64,000 nt of DNA. Source: Paraspadella gotoi (taxonomy: Eukaryota; Animalia; Chaetognatha). Position numbers and translations under genes: made by a program. Shown one piece after another: positions 36,351 to 50,927 of this stretch (positions within the stretch are counted from its first letter, which is position 1; the number at the start of each line of letters is the position of its first letter). A model generated the notes under the pieces. It did not search any database and was not told where the DNA came from. It saw nothing but the letters and a program-made list of their open reading frames with translations. Where the stretch lies: positions 24,254,137 to 24,318,136 of the forward strand of contig CM119267.1 in NCBI GenBank assembly GCA_051294375.1, given 5' to 3'.

Positions 36351-38095
36351 ATTCACGAACACTTTCTTGTCTCCAGTGAAAAGAGAATCACGAATATTTA
36401 ATGGCTTTGATCTCGATCGCTAGTTGGGCCGACGTTTTTGAAAAAAAAGTGAGAATTTGTGAATATCACAAATGGTTGAAAAATGAAAATACAATAGTTT
36501 TGGTATTTTTATTCTTATGATGGACTAATAATTACTTCCGCCACACTTTACAACCAATTCTAAATTCATTCATTCATTTAATATATAAGCTATTTTGCCC
36601 CTGTCTTTGGACAGGCTTTGGTTGTTTAAGGCCTCCATCACTCTTACAAGATGATAACATAGCAGGTTCCTGCAAGCTTTCAATCAAGACTCTCACATAA
36701 TTTCGTTTATTCACTCCCAGAGTTCCTGACTTCCCAATCAATGAAGTGGTATAATATTTCCAAAAATGTTTCAATTGTATGAAAAGACTACTCCCTTAAG
36801 TAGATCGGGGAATTCTATACTGTACTCCGCCCAGCATCGAAATACAAGGAGCTGAATTTTATGTAATTCGTACAACCAATATAAAATTATCCATTCCATT
36901 TCATAAATCTTCCTCTTAACCTTGGCCATCCGAGATTGCGGTTCGTACGCGACGGATAACCGAGGGCACAAGTCCTCGAGATTTTTCGAGTCGAACACGG
37001 ATTCCGGGATTCTCCTTCAAAGGTCTCAGGATCGAATCTCGTTCCACGGAAAGAAAAAAAAAATCCGGAATTTCTTCTTTTTTTTTCGAAGCTCGAATTT
37101 CGCGAGTATTTTTGGGAGGCGCGTGGCGACGTGATCGGAATAAGAAGGGATGGAGTGGAGGGGAAGAGGGAAGAGGAAAGAGGGGATGAGGGGAAGGGAT
37201 GGAGGAGGGGAAAGGAGGAAGGAGGAAAAGGGGAGGAAGGAGGGAGGGACGAGGGGATTGGTGAAGGAACGTAGAATGGACAGAAACAAAAGAAGAGAGA
37301 CAGAGATAAAATATTTTAAAATCAAAAAAGAAATATGAATGACGAACAAAATTGATGATTAGTTTTAGAAAAAAAGAATTGTTTTTGATTCGTCAGCCAT
37401 AAATTTGTATTGATGATTAGTTGAAATTAACTACGTAAAAAATTTATAAAGTACAAAACGAAAGTTCAAAATTTTCCCGTAGGCAAAGTTATAAAACTCT
37501 CTCCGCTCAGTTTCAACCAGATTTTTTTTTTTTCTTAGCGGAAACAAAAAGTCGAAGGGAAAAAAAATTTGAAAAAGAGAAAAAAAAGGAGGAAAGTTGC
37601 GTCCTAATTAGTTTCAGCCGTAAATAGGTCTCCCTCTCTAACTCTCTTTCTCTCTCTTTCTTTCGCTCTTTTCTTTCTTTCTTTCTCTTTTTCTTTCTTT
37701 CTTTCTTTCTTTTTTTCTCTCCTTCTTTCTTTCTTTCTTTCATTCTGCCTTTCTTTCTTTCTTTCTTTCCTTCTTTCTTTCTTTCTTTTTCTCGTTGCTC
37801 CTTGTTTTCTTTGCTTTTTGGTTAAATTGGTTCAAAATGTATTATTACAATTACAAATACATTTCCGAAACCAAAAGCTCTAAACCCAAATATTGCAGCG
37901 CCCTTCTCATTCTCTCATTTTTTAGTTCAAATTTTGCACGATGCTCTTTTGTTTTGTTTTTTTCATAATTGATCCCCAGCCGCGAGAGGGCAGGGCAGGC
38001 AGAGAGAGCCTGGGGTTGCTCTGGCAGTCGGTGAGTTTAAATGCGGCGTTGTAATGGGGTGTTTCTGAGGACGTTGGCAGCTGCGGCGGCGTCGG

Positions 38096-38142
<47 letters not shown>

Positions 38143-38435
38143 TTGTTTAGGCCAAATCTCACGCAGCGAAAGAAAAAACGGAAAACCGCGGGATTCAAAT
38201 TTGGTTGGTGATTGGTGAACGATGATTTGTGATTGGTGATTGCTTGGAATAATTTCTTTTTATCAGATTCACGCAAGATGATATTCGGTCAATGTCATTT
38301 TCGTCGGGGGAATTTTTCCTNNNNNNNNNNNNNNNNNNNNNNNNNTCCTTCTAGACAACGATTCGTCGTCGCGGTGATGAGTAGATCAAGAGGAGAGAGA
38401 GAGAGAGAGAGAGAGAGGAGAAGGAAGAAGGAGAG

Positions 38436-38476
<41 letters not shown>

Positions 38477-38557
38477 GAGAGAAGAAGAGAGAGAGAGAGA
38501 GAAGGAGCGAGAGAGAGAGAGAGAGGAGTTGAAGAGAGAGAGAGAGGAGAGAGAGAA

Positions 38558-38605
<48 letters not shown>

Positions 38606-39088
38606 GAGAGGAGAGGAAGAGAGAGGAGGAGAGGTGAGAGAAGAGAGAGAGAAGATCGTCGATCCGTGTGATCTTTTTGGGTGAACGGAATTTCGATCTC
38701 CCTTCTCCACCGAAGAAGAAGAGAATTGATGTCGAGCGAAGATATCACAAGGGGTCACGCCACGCAAGATTTCTTCTATCTCTCTCTCTCTCTCTCTCTT
38801 CTCATCTCTCTCTATCTCTCTCTCATCTCAGTCTCTCTCTGTTCTTTCTATCTCGTACTCGCTCTCCATCCATCTCTACTCTTCTTCTCTGTCTGTTCTT
38901 TTCTCTTCTGGTCTACTTATTGCTGTATATTTTTCTTTATTTATATATATAGTATAACTTTCTCTCTCAATCTCTCTTGCTCTCGAAGTCTTCTCTCACT
39001 GCTCCAAATTTTCCACATTGGCGCTCTCAATCTCTCTCTCTCTTTCTCACTGCTCCAAATCTTCCACATTGGCGAGTGTCGCCAAAAT

Positions 39089-39234
<146 letters not shown>

Positions 39235-39423
39235 TTCCATCACGTCTCTCCGGGAAATAACAAACGCCGTGGGAAAGATGGTCGATGATTCCTTCACAAT
39301 TGACATTTCTGACATGGATGACAGAAATGTCAATCTTGCAGTTTTTGCTGACATTTGATGCTCGGAGAGAAAAAATATGTGGCATACGGTTCGTGCTAAA
39401 GGTTGACTAATATGAGATTCAAA

Positions 39424-39515
<92 letters not shown>

Positions 39516-39574
39516 TGAAAGTCTTCGTCTTGATGAACTAATTTGCGAGAAAAAGTTTATACTTTTTTTCTTTT

Positions 39575-39840
39575 TCTTGGCTCCAATTTCTAATTCAGTT
39601 TTTCTTTCTTGCTCCTTCAATTTCCTGTTTTCTTTTTTTTGGCTCCAATTTCTAATTCAGTTTTTCTTTCTTGCTCCTTCAATTTCCTGTTTTCTTTTTC
39701 CTGGCTCCAATTTCTAATTCAGTTTTTCTTTCTTGCTCCTTTAATTTCCTGTTTTCTTTTTCTTGGCTCCAATTTCTAATTCAGTTTTTCTTTCTTGCTC
39801 CTTTAATTTCCTGTTTTCTTTTTCTTGGCTCCATTTTCTA
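39575..39840. repeat. ~60-bp minisatellite (~4.5 units)
   Basis: tggctccaatttctaattcagtttttctttcttgctccttcaatttcctgttttc repeated. Confidence 0.92.
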
Positions 39841-40774
39841 CTTCTGTTTTTTTTCTCGCTCCTTTTATTTCTGTTCCTGTTTTGTTTACTCGCTCCTTTC
39901 TGTATTGCCCCTTTTATTATCGGTGGAGTAAGAGAAAAAAAAATTAATAAATTACTAGAAAAAATGTTTAGCGGAAAATTAAACAAAAAAACGAGAGAGA
40001 GAGAGAGAGGACGGAATCTGAGAAAAAAGAAAAAGAGAAAAGTCAAAGAAGGAAGATAAATGAAGGCCCGGCTGGTCAAATGCCAGGACTGACTGGCAGA
40101 CGATAACACGACTGGCAATTTGGACGAGAAGGCGAATGGTAAAAAGGGTCAGCCGAATCGAGGGCGGATGGCATCGAGGAAGAGAGGAAAGAAAATTCAA
40201 ATTGCCACCTACCCTTAAGTAAACCAATAATGATGACTAAGCAAATGGCACTTCAGAATTTTTGTTTTAAATTGTTATTGATTATTATTTTTTTTAATTT
40301 ATGAAAAACAAATTATAGAGAGCACGCAAAAAAAAACAAACTTTAATCTCATTTCCGCGCGACTCATTAAGACCAAAAACCGTTTTAATTAGCGACTGAC
40401 GAACTCACGCCTTTAACGAGAAATCTCGCTAATTGAATTAAACTGTTTAATGAAATTCCGCTAATATAACGTTAAAAAAATTGAACTAAACTAGGACGGT
40501 ATTTTAACTTTTGAGTCGCCGGAGCTATTTTTATGTCTCAACGAAAATTCCGATAGGAATTAATTTTTATTTTATGTCGTTGGTTAAAGCTCTCTCTCTC
40601 TTTCTCCTCTCTCTCTCTCTCCTCTCTCTCTCTTCTCTCTCTCTCTCTCTCTCTTTTTTTAATGTCTCTCTTTCCACTAATAAATTTTTTAATCATAAAC
40701 TCGCACGTGTTAACCGGAGTTGTGGGCCTATCTTATTTATGAATTATAAATCTACTTTAGAGATAAATTATAAA

Positions 40775-40832
<58 letters not shown>

Positions 40833-40889
40833 TTCTTTCTCTGTCTTTCTTTCTCTCTCTTTCTATATTTTTCTTATTATATATATATA

Positions 40890-41375
40890 TGTTAAATTTT
40901 TATTTGTTACGGATGTCTCTCGGTTGTTTGTGCCTTTTTATTATTGAATTCGTATTTTTGTTGCTTACGAATATCTGATTGATCAAGTATTTTAACGTCG
41001 CTCTCTATTGGTTGTCCTTATGATGTACCTTAACCAAAGATATAAAAGATTGCTTACCTAAAACTAAGAGGATAAGTTACAATGTTCGTGACAGTCGGTA
41101 AGCATTTAAAATGATATTTTGTAATTTTTGGTTAACTAAGTTTGACTATTTTTAATAGTTCTTTTTTTTTGGTTATCTTTAGAATAGTCTCCTTCGACTT
41201 GCTTTATGTCTTCTTCGACTTGCTTTATGTTTTCCCTTCAATTTGCTTCACGTCTCACGTCATGTTATGTCTACTACAATAACTATTACTAAATTTACAT
41301 TCTTCGATCTCTATACATAAATAGCAGTCAGAAAACACTAGCTCGCTCACGGCGTTACGGTAAAATCTCAATAAT
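40890..41375 (+). repeat. 5' LTR of the BEL/Pao element (may extend to ~41430)
   Basis: Direct repeat of 48451-48965. Confidence 0.85.
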
Positions 41376-41909
41376 CTATTCCGACTTCGGACTTAATAAA
41401 CGCCTTTAAAGAAGGAATTCAAATCTCATGAATCTCTGTTGCGCGTTCCTTCCGATCGTCAGCGATTGACTAACTAAGCGGCGGCTTAAGATAAGACTAA
41501 ATAAACTCGCGAAAAAGAAAAAACGAATTGCTTCTAAAAAGATCGAAAAATTCGAGTGCATTTTAAAAAAAAAAAAAGAATAAACTAGCGATCTAGTAAT
41601 AATTCGAATGCGAAAATTAAAACGATTTCAACGCGCGTCTTTTATCTCGTAAACCGAATAATTTAAAATACTCTCTTCGCTAATGATTTGCGCTTAACTT
41701 TAGCGAAACGCGTTCTTCTTTATAATCGGTTCTATATGTTTACGTTGAATCTTATTTTTGAATTTGGTTTTCCCTTTTTAAAGGAAATTCTTAGTTCTGC
41801 TCTCTCGCTTTCATGTTTCTTTATGCCATTACAAGTTTGCTTTCCTTTATTATAAAGTTGGCTTTCTTTTATATCTCGGTTTGTGTCTTGTTGTTAATTA
41901 ATTTTTGAA

Positions 41910-44900
41910 ATCATGTCTAACTCGTCAATGCTCCAAGGGGGGTAAATTAAAGAAACATCCATTATCCATAGCATTTACGATTTTAATACAAGTTGCAAGC
42001 TGCCAAACTCAGGTAAGGAGAAAGTATTAATAATTGCAAAACAAGCTCATGAAAGATTGCATACTCTGCTAGTGAACATACAAAAGAATTGAAGGGTGAG
42101 GGGTTTGACTAAGGAAAGGGAAAGCTGAGATACCAAAGCATTACAGAATACGAAAAAGAGAATCCACATTTCATGATCAAATGGAAGGGTTATTAAGTCA
42201 TTAAATATGCTGCAATAACAATCTTTTGCTCCCTAATGCTCCAAGTCCGTTTCCATGTCTGGTAGATCTCAAAGCTCAAGTGCTTCAGGTCAAAGGAACT
42301 AAAAATCCAGCGTAAGAGTTTAAATAAGGAAACGGAAAGAAAATATAACATCAGGAATATAAAATTAATGAAAAGGATCGTAGCGATCAAAAAGAAAGGA
42401 TAGAAGGGAAAGTGCATTAGATTGGAAGAAGCCAAAAAGGAAACTGCAAAGTAATGGAGGAGAAGCAGTGAATTAACAATTTAGCCTTAAATTAAAAAAC
42501 CAAGGGAAGACAATGAGAAAAAGAGGGAAAAGGAAAGGATGATGGAAAAGGCTGAATTAGTAATTTAAATGACGATATCCAAATTTTTACAGGATGATGC
42601 CTCCATTCCTACACACCCGTTTACCAAAAGACTCATTCTGCTTTGACAAGGTTTACACATTGGAATGATAAATAAACAAGAGAGGCAAAAGGGCAATGAC
42701 TTGGTTCATTTGCCTGAAGCTTCTACTTTTAAATCATGAAGCTCCTATTTAATCCATATAAAAGCACGAATTTAAACCCAAGCTTTAGCACTAAGACCGT
42801 TCTCATGCATTGTTTAAACCCCCAACCATTGAGATCACCACTTGCCCGCCAACAGCATCTGGCAATTCTGGGATTCCCATCCACTCCTCAGGTTCCATCC
42901 CAACCAAATCAAAGCAATCGAATTATAGCGCATGATGCGTTCCAACCTTCATGTTTCTTCAGCTCCTACTCAAGCCCTTGATCCCAGGCATATTCTGGCC
43001 TTCGGCTAAGCTGCAGCGAGCGCGGCCTAAGTGAAGATAAGAGGTGGAAGCGGGTGACGCTATGGTTTAGCGTCATTCCTATCTCGGTTTATTATTGAAC
43101 TGTAGAACGACTTCCTGGCTGGTAGTATCGTGAAAAGATCTTGAGTTGTTGAAATGGACGACTGGTGAAGCTCATATTTCCATTAGCAATTTGAAAATGA
43201 ACTCGGATGCACCAAAGCTTTAGCTTAGCTAAACAAAGTTAGTTCATCCTGGGTTAAGGCCAACATACTCTCTGAAGATTACGTGATATTATAAAAACAA
43301 GAACTACTTTAAGAAAGGCCGATCTTGTGGTCTTAGAAACTTATGGGAGCCTTGAAGAGCTAAAAACTGCTCTCATGTCTGGGATATTGAAGGTTTTTCT
43401 AACATCGATCTTGTAAACGATGATTGATAAGCGCATTTCCATTTCACGTGATAAATCGGGCAATACTCCATCCACAAGTTGGACCGTTTTATTCAAAAGC
43501 AAAGGAACAATTTGCATTTCTTATACTTTCTGGATATCAAGTCGAAACAGCTGGAAGTCTCCATATTGCTGCGTCCAATTTGCTCCAAAGAAAGATGTAG
43601 TTAAAGTTCAGCTGCTACACTTCCATGACTTCACTATCAGCGCCCAAATTCAAAAGGTGACAAACAAGGATTCTCAGGGCTCAGCTAAGATGAAGGCAAG
43701 TTAGCTTGTTACAAGATTCTATGATTCAAGTAAAAGTTTTAAACAGCCCTTGTGCACTAGTAAACATTATTTGTCTGTTGTCCTACATTTTTAAATGGGA
43801 CAAGTGCAAGATTTGAGCTATGCTAAAAAAGTAATCGTTTATCTTTCTGCTGTGTGATAACATAAAATCTCGCTGCAAGCACAAAGATCTGTAAGACTGT
43901 AACTCTAAAAGCCACCATACTTGTCCTTCATCGGCAACAAAAATACTCAGAGCAGGTGATGATTTCTATAACAAAGTTGAAACAAAACAGTGCATCCACA
44001 AGTTACAGATTCACATCTGGCCACAGTTTTGCTACAAATTGATGAGTGTACTTGATAATACCTCTTGTAGCCATTCATGTAACCACAATGACAAACCGGA
44101 AATGTTATATTGCTTGGATAAGCAGTACAAGAACATGTTTTCACTATCATCAGAAAGATTAAATTTACCACAACAAAACGTTTGGCTGACGTGTCAACTC
44201 TTTGAGCCTCCAAGATGACTTTAGCGTCCACAGTGTCCTTTACTTACAATCCATAGATAATCATTTTAAGGCTGAACTTAAGTCTGTTGTTGTTGCTCAA
44301 AGCCTTTTCAATGGAACTGTTCTCATTCCCCACTTCAGCAATTACAAAAATTCCTATTTAATAAGATATAACCTTACATGAAACAGTGGTCCTTTCAAGA
44401 TTGTGTATTGATATGGTATGGATCTTGCCCATCCCTTGTGCCTAGCTTCTACCATGGCGTAGAGGCCCTCGGATGCACCTTGTGCAGTTCAAACACGATG
44501 GTGGACAGTATTTGGCGGTAACTCTTCAGCCTGCTCTGCAGTATTGAGTGTTGATGCTATTAATTTTGACAATTGAGATTCTGTACAAAAGTGGCATAAA
44601 CTTTTCCATCACGAATTTAATGAAACCCACCAGATGAAGAAAAAGATTGTAGTCCGATAAATGGATATAAAAAGCTCTTGGAGTTTTAAAGGACCATAAA
44701 ATTTGTTGATGGCTTTCAAGTTGCATTACTTGAAGGAGATCGGCAAAAGCTGGCTGATCGTTGACCCAGATGCCAGTGCAAAAATCACTCCAAAAATTGA
44801 AAGGTGAAACTGTTCTGAGAAATCAATGAGGAAGTCAAAACAACTGTTTTTGATCAATGTTGAGACTTGGTTAAGAAGGTTATATTTCCGATGTTAAAAG

Positions 44901-47900
44901 AATCCTTTTGACAGACAAAAGAAAACCCATTGGGTTAGCCTATATCCTTGGTCCAAAAGATGACAAACTGCAAGGTAAGAATATGCATTGATGCCAAGCC
45001 AGATGCAGGAGGTTCTTCTTTGGAATTCTCAACTGTTGTCTGCCCTGATTGCAAACAATCTTGTTGGCTGTTTTGATGAGATTTCGTGAAACATGAAATA
45101 GAATTCATGGACTGATGTTAAAGATTTTTTACCAAGTCAAGGTTGATTCCCGAAGATAGAGATGCATTCGCGTTTTTCGGTTTTGGCCGGGACAGGGAAG
45201 ATGAAAGAAGATCCATTCTGTCCATGAACCAATGCTTTCGGTCTTTTGGTGCCCAAACCAGCACCACACAAGCTTAGCACAACTTTGCTGGTCCAAGAAC
45301 ATTGCAACACATCAAACAAAGATAAGATGTTGATCGTCGACTACAGTAACACGATAAAGAGAAGAATGTATGTCTGATGAACATCTCACTTCCAAACCAA
45401 ATGTTTCTCAAGGAAAACAGCTCATGACCAATGACAAGTTACTTCAGGCAAGGTGGTTTGAGCTGGGGAAATTTGTGGTCAAACAGTAAAGAGTTGTGGC
45501 TGGTATGGATCCCTCATTCTGCTTGCAAAATCCATGCAAATGTTTTTGGACTCTGAAAAATCCCAACAGAAAAGGCTTGGGCAATATTTCTTGACTGTAA
45601 CAAACAGATTGTTTTGGTTTTAAAATAAGCTTTTAAAGTATGGGGGAAAAATCACGACAAGGAGAAAAGCTTCTTTCTCTCACTCTTCATCTTTTGACCA
45701 TTAGCTTTGGTGCAGCCTTATGTCTCATTGCGTAGACCAAACAAGTACAAAAGTTTTGTGCAAAACTGTTGGGATGAAATAATCTCTGAGGGAAGAAACA
45801 AGCTGATGAAAAAAATGGGCGAGAATCATTATTCATCTGAAAAAGGTTAGGATTCCATCGTTGGCTTCTGTCCAAAGACATGAAAGAAATCATCTCCAGA
45901 GAATTTGATATGTCTAGCGATGCGTCAAGGGAGGTTACGGGTTGCTGCGTATGAAAGACTGACAGATAAATGAAGGAAATATTAAAGTCTATTTTTTATT
46001 TGGGAAAGGCAAGGGATTCACTTCAATCCAACTACTATGGTTTACATGGGTTATCCCAAGGGAAAGAGTAGTCGCTGCCCTCTTCGCGGACGACTGCTGA
46101 TTATGTCAGTCAAGTTGATTATTCTAGGAACAAAACATGACTTCTGGGTCGACTCTACCTGTGGTCTTGAAACAATAAGAAATGAAAATGCCATTACAAA
46201 CAATTGCTTGCTAATCGCTTAATAGTAAATTCATGCTAAGGACTAAAGTGGAACAATTTTGGCGATACGTCCAATCAAAACAAAACCCAGCTGACCTCTG
46301 TTCACGAGCATTGTTGTGATGATCAGGATTGCCGTTGACATTTTACCACAATGTCCCTAACTATTGTTATGTAATAAGACATGAATGAGCCTACTGAGGG
46401 ATGCCATCTGCAGCTCAAGTCCTACGCCGATTCACCTGGACGTTCTTGCAGTGCTGCCAATTCAGGTCTCTAAAAATCAAAGAACTAGTATTCTTGATGA
46501 TCTGACAGCCAACATTTCTACTTGGATAAAAAATCATAAGAAGGCTTGCAATTCAGGCGCGTCATTTATCCCAACTAAAGGAAAAAATTATTCTTTCACT
46601 TGTCTGGAATACCAAAATGCAAGGAGCTCACGTTATAAACCTTTCCTTCAGAAAAAGCATTTCCACCGGCGAGAGAGTTTCTTTCTAAAGAGATTCTAAG
46701 TGTTCGTAAGAGTTCCATCAGAGGACCGCAATGCAATAAGCAATCAACTGCGACTTGAATGTCTTGGAACCAAAAACGAAAAGGGAATTATGTGGGTTTG
46801 CTTCTCCATTACAAGCATTTGATCCTTCTTTGGATGAAAATGGCATTATCCGACGTAGGCTGGTCGTTGCACAAGAGCAGTATTGACACCCGAATCCAAG
46901 CATGCCAGCCATCTTCCTCAAATGACAAAGTGTCCATTCTTTGATTCGATACACTCATGATTCTCTTGCCGCATGGTGGTACCTGAGCGACTCTTGCTGA
47001 GTTAAGACAAAAACGTTTGGATCACTAAAAAAGGACGGGCAACTGTAAAGAAAGTTTTATCTAGTTGCATTCCATGTAAAAGGCGATCATGGTCGTCCAC
47101 CTTAGAACAAAAAAATGGCTCTTACCGTATCGTTCGCATCAAATAGGCTACCCATTTGAAAGTCCACAGGGTTATACATTTGTCCATTTCTCCATAAGTC
47201 TGGGACAGAGAAGGAACATAAATTGGGTTTTAATTATTTACCATGCTATTACAGTAGAGCTGTGCCATTTAGAGGAATAATGGGGCTCTCTACTGCACAT
47301 TCTAAATGCTCTCGTCGATTCCGTGCCCGCATCACCCTGACCTGGAGACCATATGTCACGTACTTCCTGACCAATGGCACAACTTGTTGGGGCCAACAAA
47401 GAATTCTTAAGGCAGTCAATGAATGGAACTATATCCACAAGTCCATGCTATCCATGAACCGATCAACTATTGAATGGCACTTCCAATCCCCCTTCACTCT
47501 CCTCATGGGAGGTGTTTTGGGAAAGGTTTGTCAGAAACCAGTCAAACAACTCTTCATTTATTCTTGACAAAGGAGAAATAATTAAATCTGATACCTTCCC
47601 TACCGACTGTAACAGTTTCGGTGCCGAAGGCATAGTTAACTCGCCGCCCATGACACGAGATTCCAAATTGAAGCTAACGATCTTGAGGCCTTAACGCCGA
47701 CGCGATATGTATCTCATCCTGGTGTCACAGCGTTGGCGGTCCATCCTCTGAATTCATCCCCTCCCACGACGCAGCATGCACGTTTATCTGAATGCCTGGA
47801 AGCAGAGCCGCCAATGGCCGACGAATTTTGGCCGCCGTGGCAGGCGGAATTATTCCTTGGCTGCAATCTCGAATGGACTGGAGAAAAACCCTGCCAGGAA

Positions 47901-48170
47901 AATCTTCACAAAAAGGGCCCAGATTGGGTGCTCATCACAATATACTGGTTCCTCGTTGGGGCCAATGGCTGGTGGGTCCTATATTCGTACTCGGGCCCAG
48001 TCGTTTTGACCCTGACACGACTTTCCGCAAGTATGATATCCAGCCAGCTTGTACGTCGGTCTGTCTCTGGTCCGTACGGTTAGCGAATGGGAGGGAGGAA
48101 AATGAAAAACTTGCCTCCCGCGATCGCTCCTCCTTTGTGTTACTACTTGCAAAGTCTGTCTGTTTTCCAC
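41910..48170 (+). pseudogene. BEL/Pao gag-pol polyprotein (disrupted by many indels; 5' boundary approximate)
   Basis: Zn-knuckle HHT.LH (~43912), VRICIDA (~44974), TDVKDF..DRDA (~45110-45170), MYV-DD-like (~45366), Pao RNase H SDAS (~45917), FWVDST (46142), WRYVQSKQNPADLCSR (46260-46307), integrase GRATVKKVLSSCIPCKR (~47033-47085), SRAVHLE (~47253), IEWHF..GGVW-ERFV (~47470-47535) and WKQSRQ..DEFW (~47797). Confidence 0.88.
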
Positions 48171-48450
48171 TGACGCATGGGGCGGTATCCTGACCCTTCT
48201 TTCATTGATCGATAACGTTCCTCCTTTCAATTGAAGTGGATGAAATTAAACTGAATTTTCTTAAAAAATTTTCGTTCTAATACAGATTATGTCTTCTGAC
48301 TTTTAACATAGTTACCTTACTTGACTGGCTATCCTTTACTGTGATTTAAAATTGTTTATGATATTTATTATACATTTTAAAGACGTTATTATACTTTAAG
48401 TTCCTTTATCTATAAAAATTTATTTTTAAATCTGTCGGATAGATGGGGAT

Positions 48451-48965
48451 TGTTAAAATTTTTATTTGTTACGAGATAGTCTCTCCGGTTGTTTGCATGC
48501 CCTTTTTATTATTGAATTGCGTTTATTTTGTTGCTTCGAAGTATCTATTTGTATCAAGTATTTTAAACGTCGCTTCTCTGATTGTTAGTCCTATTGATTG
48601 GTACCTTAACCGAAAGAGTATAAAAGAGATGTGCTTACCTAAAACTAAGGATAAAGTTACCAAGATTCGTGACAGTCGGTAAGATTTAAAATGATATTTT
48701 GTAATTATGGGTTAAGCTAAAGTGCTATTTTAATTAAGTTCTTTTTTTTTTGTATTCTTTTAGAAATAGTTTCCTTGACTTTGCTTTTGTCTCCCTTCGT
48801 TTGCTTTATGTTCCTTCAATTTGCTCACGTCTTCACGGCCATGTTTATGTCTACTACAATATATTTACTAAATTTACATTGCTTCGAATCTCTATAAAAG
48901 TACAAATAGCCAAGTCAGAAAACACTAGCTCGCTCACGGTCCTTTACGGAAAATCCTCAATAATA
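48451..48965 (+). repeat. 3' LTR of the BEL/Pao element
   Basis: Preceded by the purine tract ggatagatggggat and matches 40890-41375. Confidence 0.85.
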
Positions 48966-49069
48966 TTATATATTTCTCTCTCAATCTCTCTCTCTCTCTC
49001 TCACACACCCTCAATGTACGAAACGACGTTTCATACGGCTCCTCGAGCTTCATTATATTGGAGTGGCAA

Positions 49070-49255
49070 TAAATAGGAATAGCATTAGATCAGAGTGGTA
49101 ATAAATAAGAATAGCATTAGATAATAATTGCAGTAAAAAAGAAAATTATTAGATCAAAATAATATTAAATAGTGATTTTGTAGTATTAGATCGGCGCGGT
49201 ATAAAATTAGAATAGCATTTAATTAAATTAACAAAAAATAGGAATGACATTAGAT
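49070..49255. repeat. Degenerate ~32-bp tandem repeat
   Basis: aaataggaatagcattagat recurs about 5 times. Confidence 0.6.
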
Positions 49256-49900
49256 TACGTTTCCATCTCACCACAACCTCAACGATGCCATCTTACCACT
49301 TCCCCCAACGGTGCCATCATGCCAGAGGCCAACGTCGGTCGTCTACTCCAAAACCCATAAAATCGAGATGCAGCTGTGAATCCTGTGAACTCCCCCCCCC
49401 CTCGTTAGAGGTGACACGATTTCGTCGTGTCACGTCTTCTTGACGCCATTTTGTCATTCTTTGGTTGTGCCAAGTCTTTTTCGACACGGTTTTGAAATTA
49501 TTTCGCCGTGACTTGTCTTTTTAGAAACGGTTTTGCCATTTTTTTGTCATTCTGACAAGGTTAGGTAATTTTTTGGTGGTGTCTCGTATTTTGTTTTGTC
49601 AAGTCTACTTGACACGGTTTTGTCATTCCTTGCATGTATTTAAAATTCACTCACCCTCTCTTTATTTTACGACACGTTTTAGAGAAAACCGTTTGATATT
49701 TTACTTTAGCTTAAATTTTAAATCAGAATTATCTTCGACATGGCATCTGAGTATTTGTTCAGAGATCAGTCTATCGGTCCATTGGTCAATAATGTTCAAT
49801 TTTGTCCCTCCATCTGTCAGTCTGTCCATGGGACAAAAGTATGGCTGGCAAACGCTGACACTCTCGGTTGGCACTTATCCTGAAAAAAGAGAAGAAGAAA

Positions 49901-49940
<40 letters not shown>

Positions 49941-50007
49941 TAAAAGGCAATCGGACCTTCGAAGTGGAGAGGTGAAAGCCTTGGCAAAGAATCTCAATCT
50001 CTCTCTC

Positions 50008-50059
<52 letters not shown>

Positions 50060-50801
50060 GGAAGCCGTTATCTCGCACGGCGAACCATGTTCCGCCCTTT
50101 TGTGGCGTAAAAAAAAAAATAATTTGAAAAGGTAAACAAATCGGATTAAGTTTACGAAACAAAATGACGGTTAAAGGAGAAAAGGAAAATGGGATAAAAA
50201 GGGGATAAACGGGGATTAATAAAATTACAAATTTAATATCAAGGATTAGATATTTGTTAATTTTCATTTCAAAGGATTACCTACTGGTTTATTTGACTCG
50301 AGAATCGAGAAAAGGTTCGAAATCATTTCTAAGAAATTCTCCAAACTCGGCCTCTCGGTCGGGTCTTTGAATTGGCGGGAAAAAAGAAAAAAAGGAAGGA
50401 AAAAAGGAAAGAAAAAAGGAAAGAAAAAAGGAAAAAAGAAAAAAGAAAAATAAAGAAGTAGATAAAGAAAAAAGAAAAAATGAAAGAAAAAATAACAAAA
50501 AAGGAAAGAAAAAAGGAAAAAAAGAAAAAAGGAAAGAAAAAAAAGAAAAAATAGGTAAAGAAAAAAGAAAAAATTAAAGAAAAAAGAAAAAAAGAAAAAA
50601 GGAAAGAGAAAATATTAAGAGAAAAGAGAAAAAAAGAAAAAGCAAAGAAAAAAGAAAAAAAGAAAAAAAGAAAAAAGGAAAGAAAAATGAAATTGGTTGA
50701 GATGAAAGAAGAAACCGAAAACCTTTTATGACTTCCATAAAAAGAATTATTTTTCTTTCTTAAAAAAGGAGGAAAAAAGCTAGACAAAACAGGAAAGAAA
50801 T

Positions 50802-50832
<31 letters not shown>

Positions 50833-50844
50833 TCAGATAAAAAA

Positions 50845-50927
<83 letters not shown>

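Larger units (their letters stand above)
40890..48965 (+). mobile_element. BEL/Pao LTR retrotransposon, near full length, frameshifted
   Basis: Direct LTRs both start TGTTAAA, there is a polypurine tract at 48437-48450, and internal BEL motifs occur in gag-PR-RT-RH-IN order. Confidence 0.9.
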
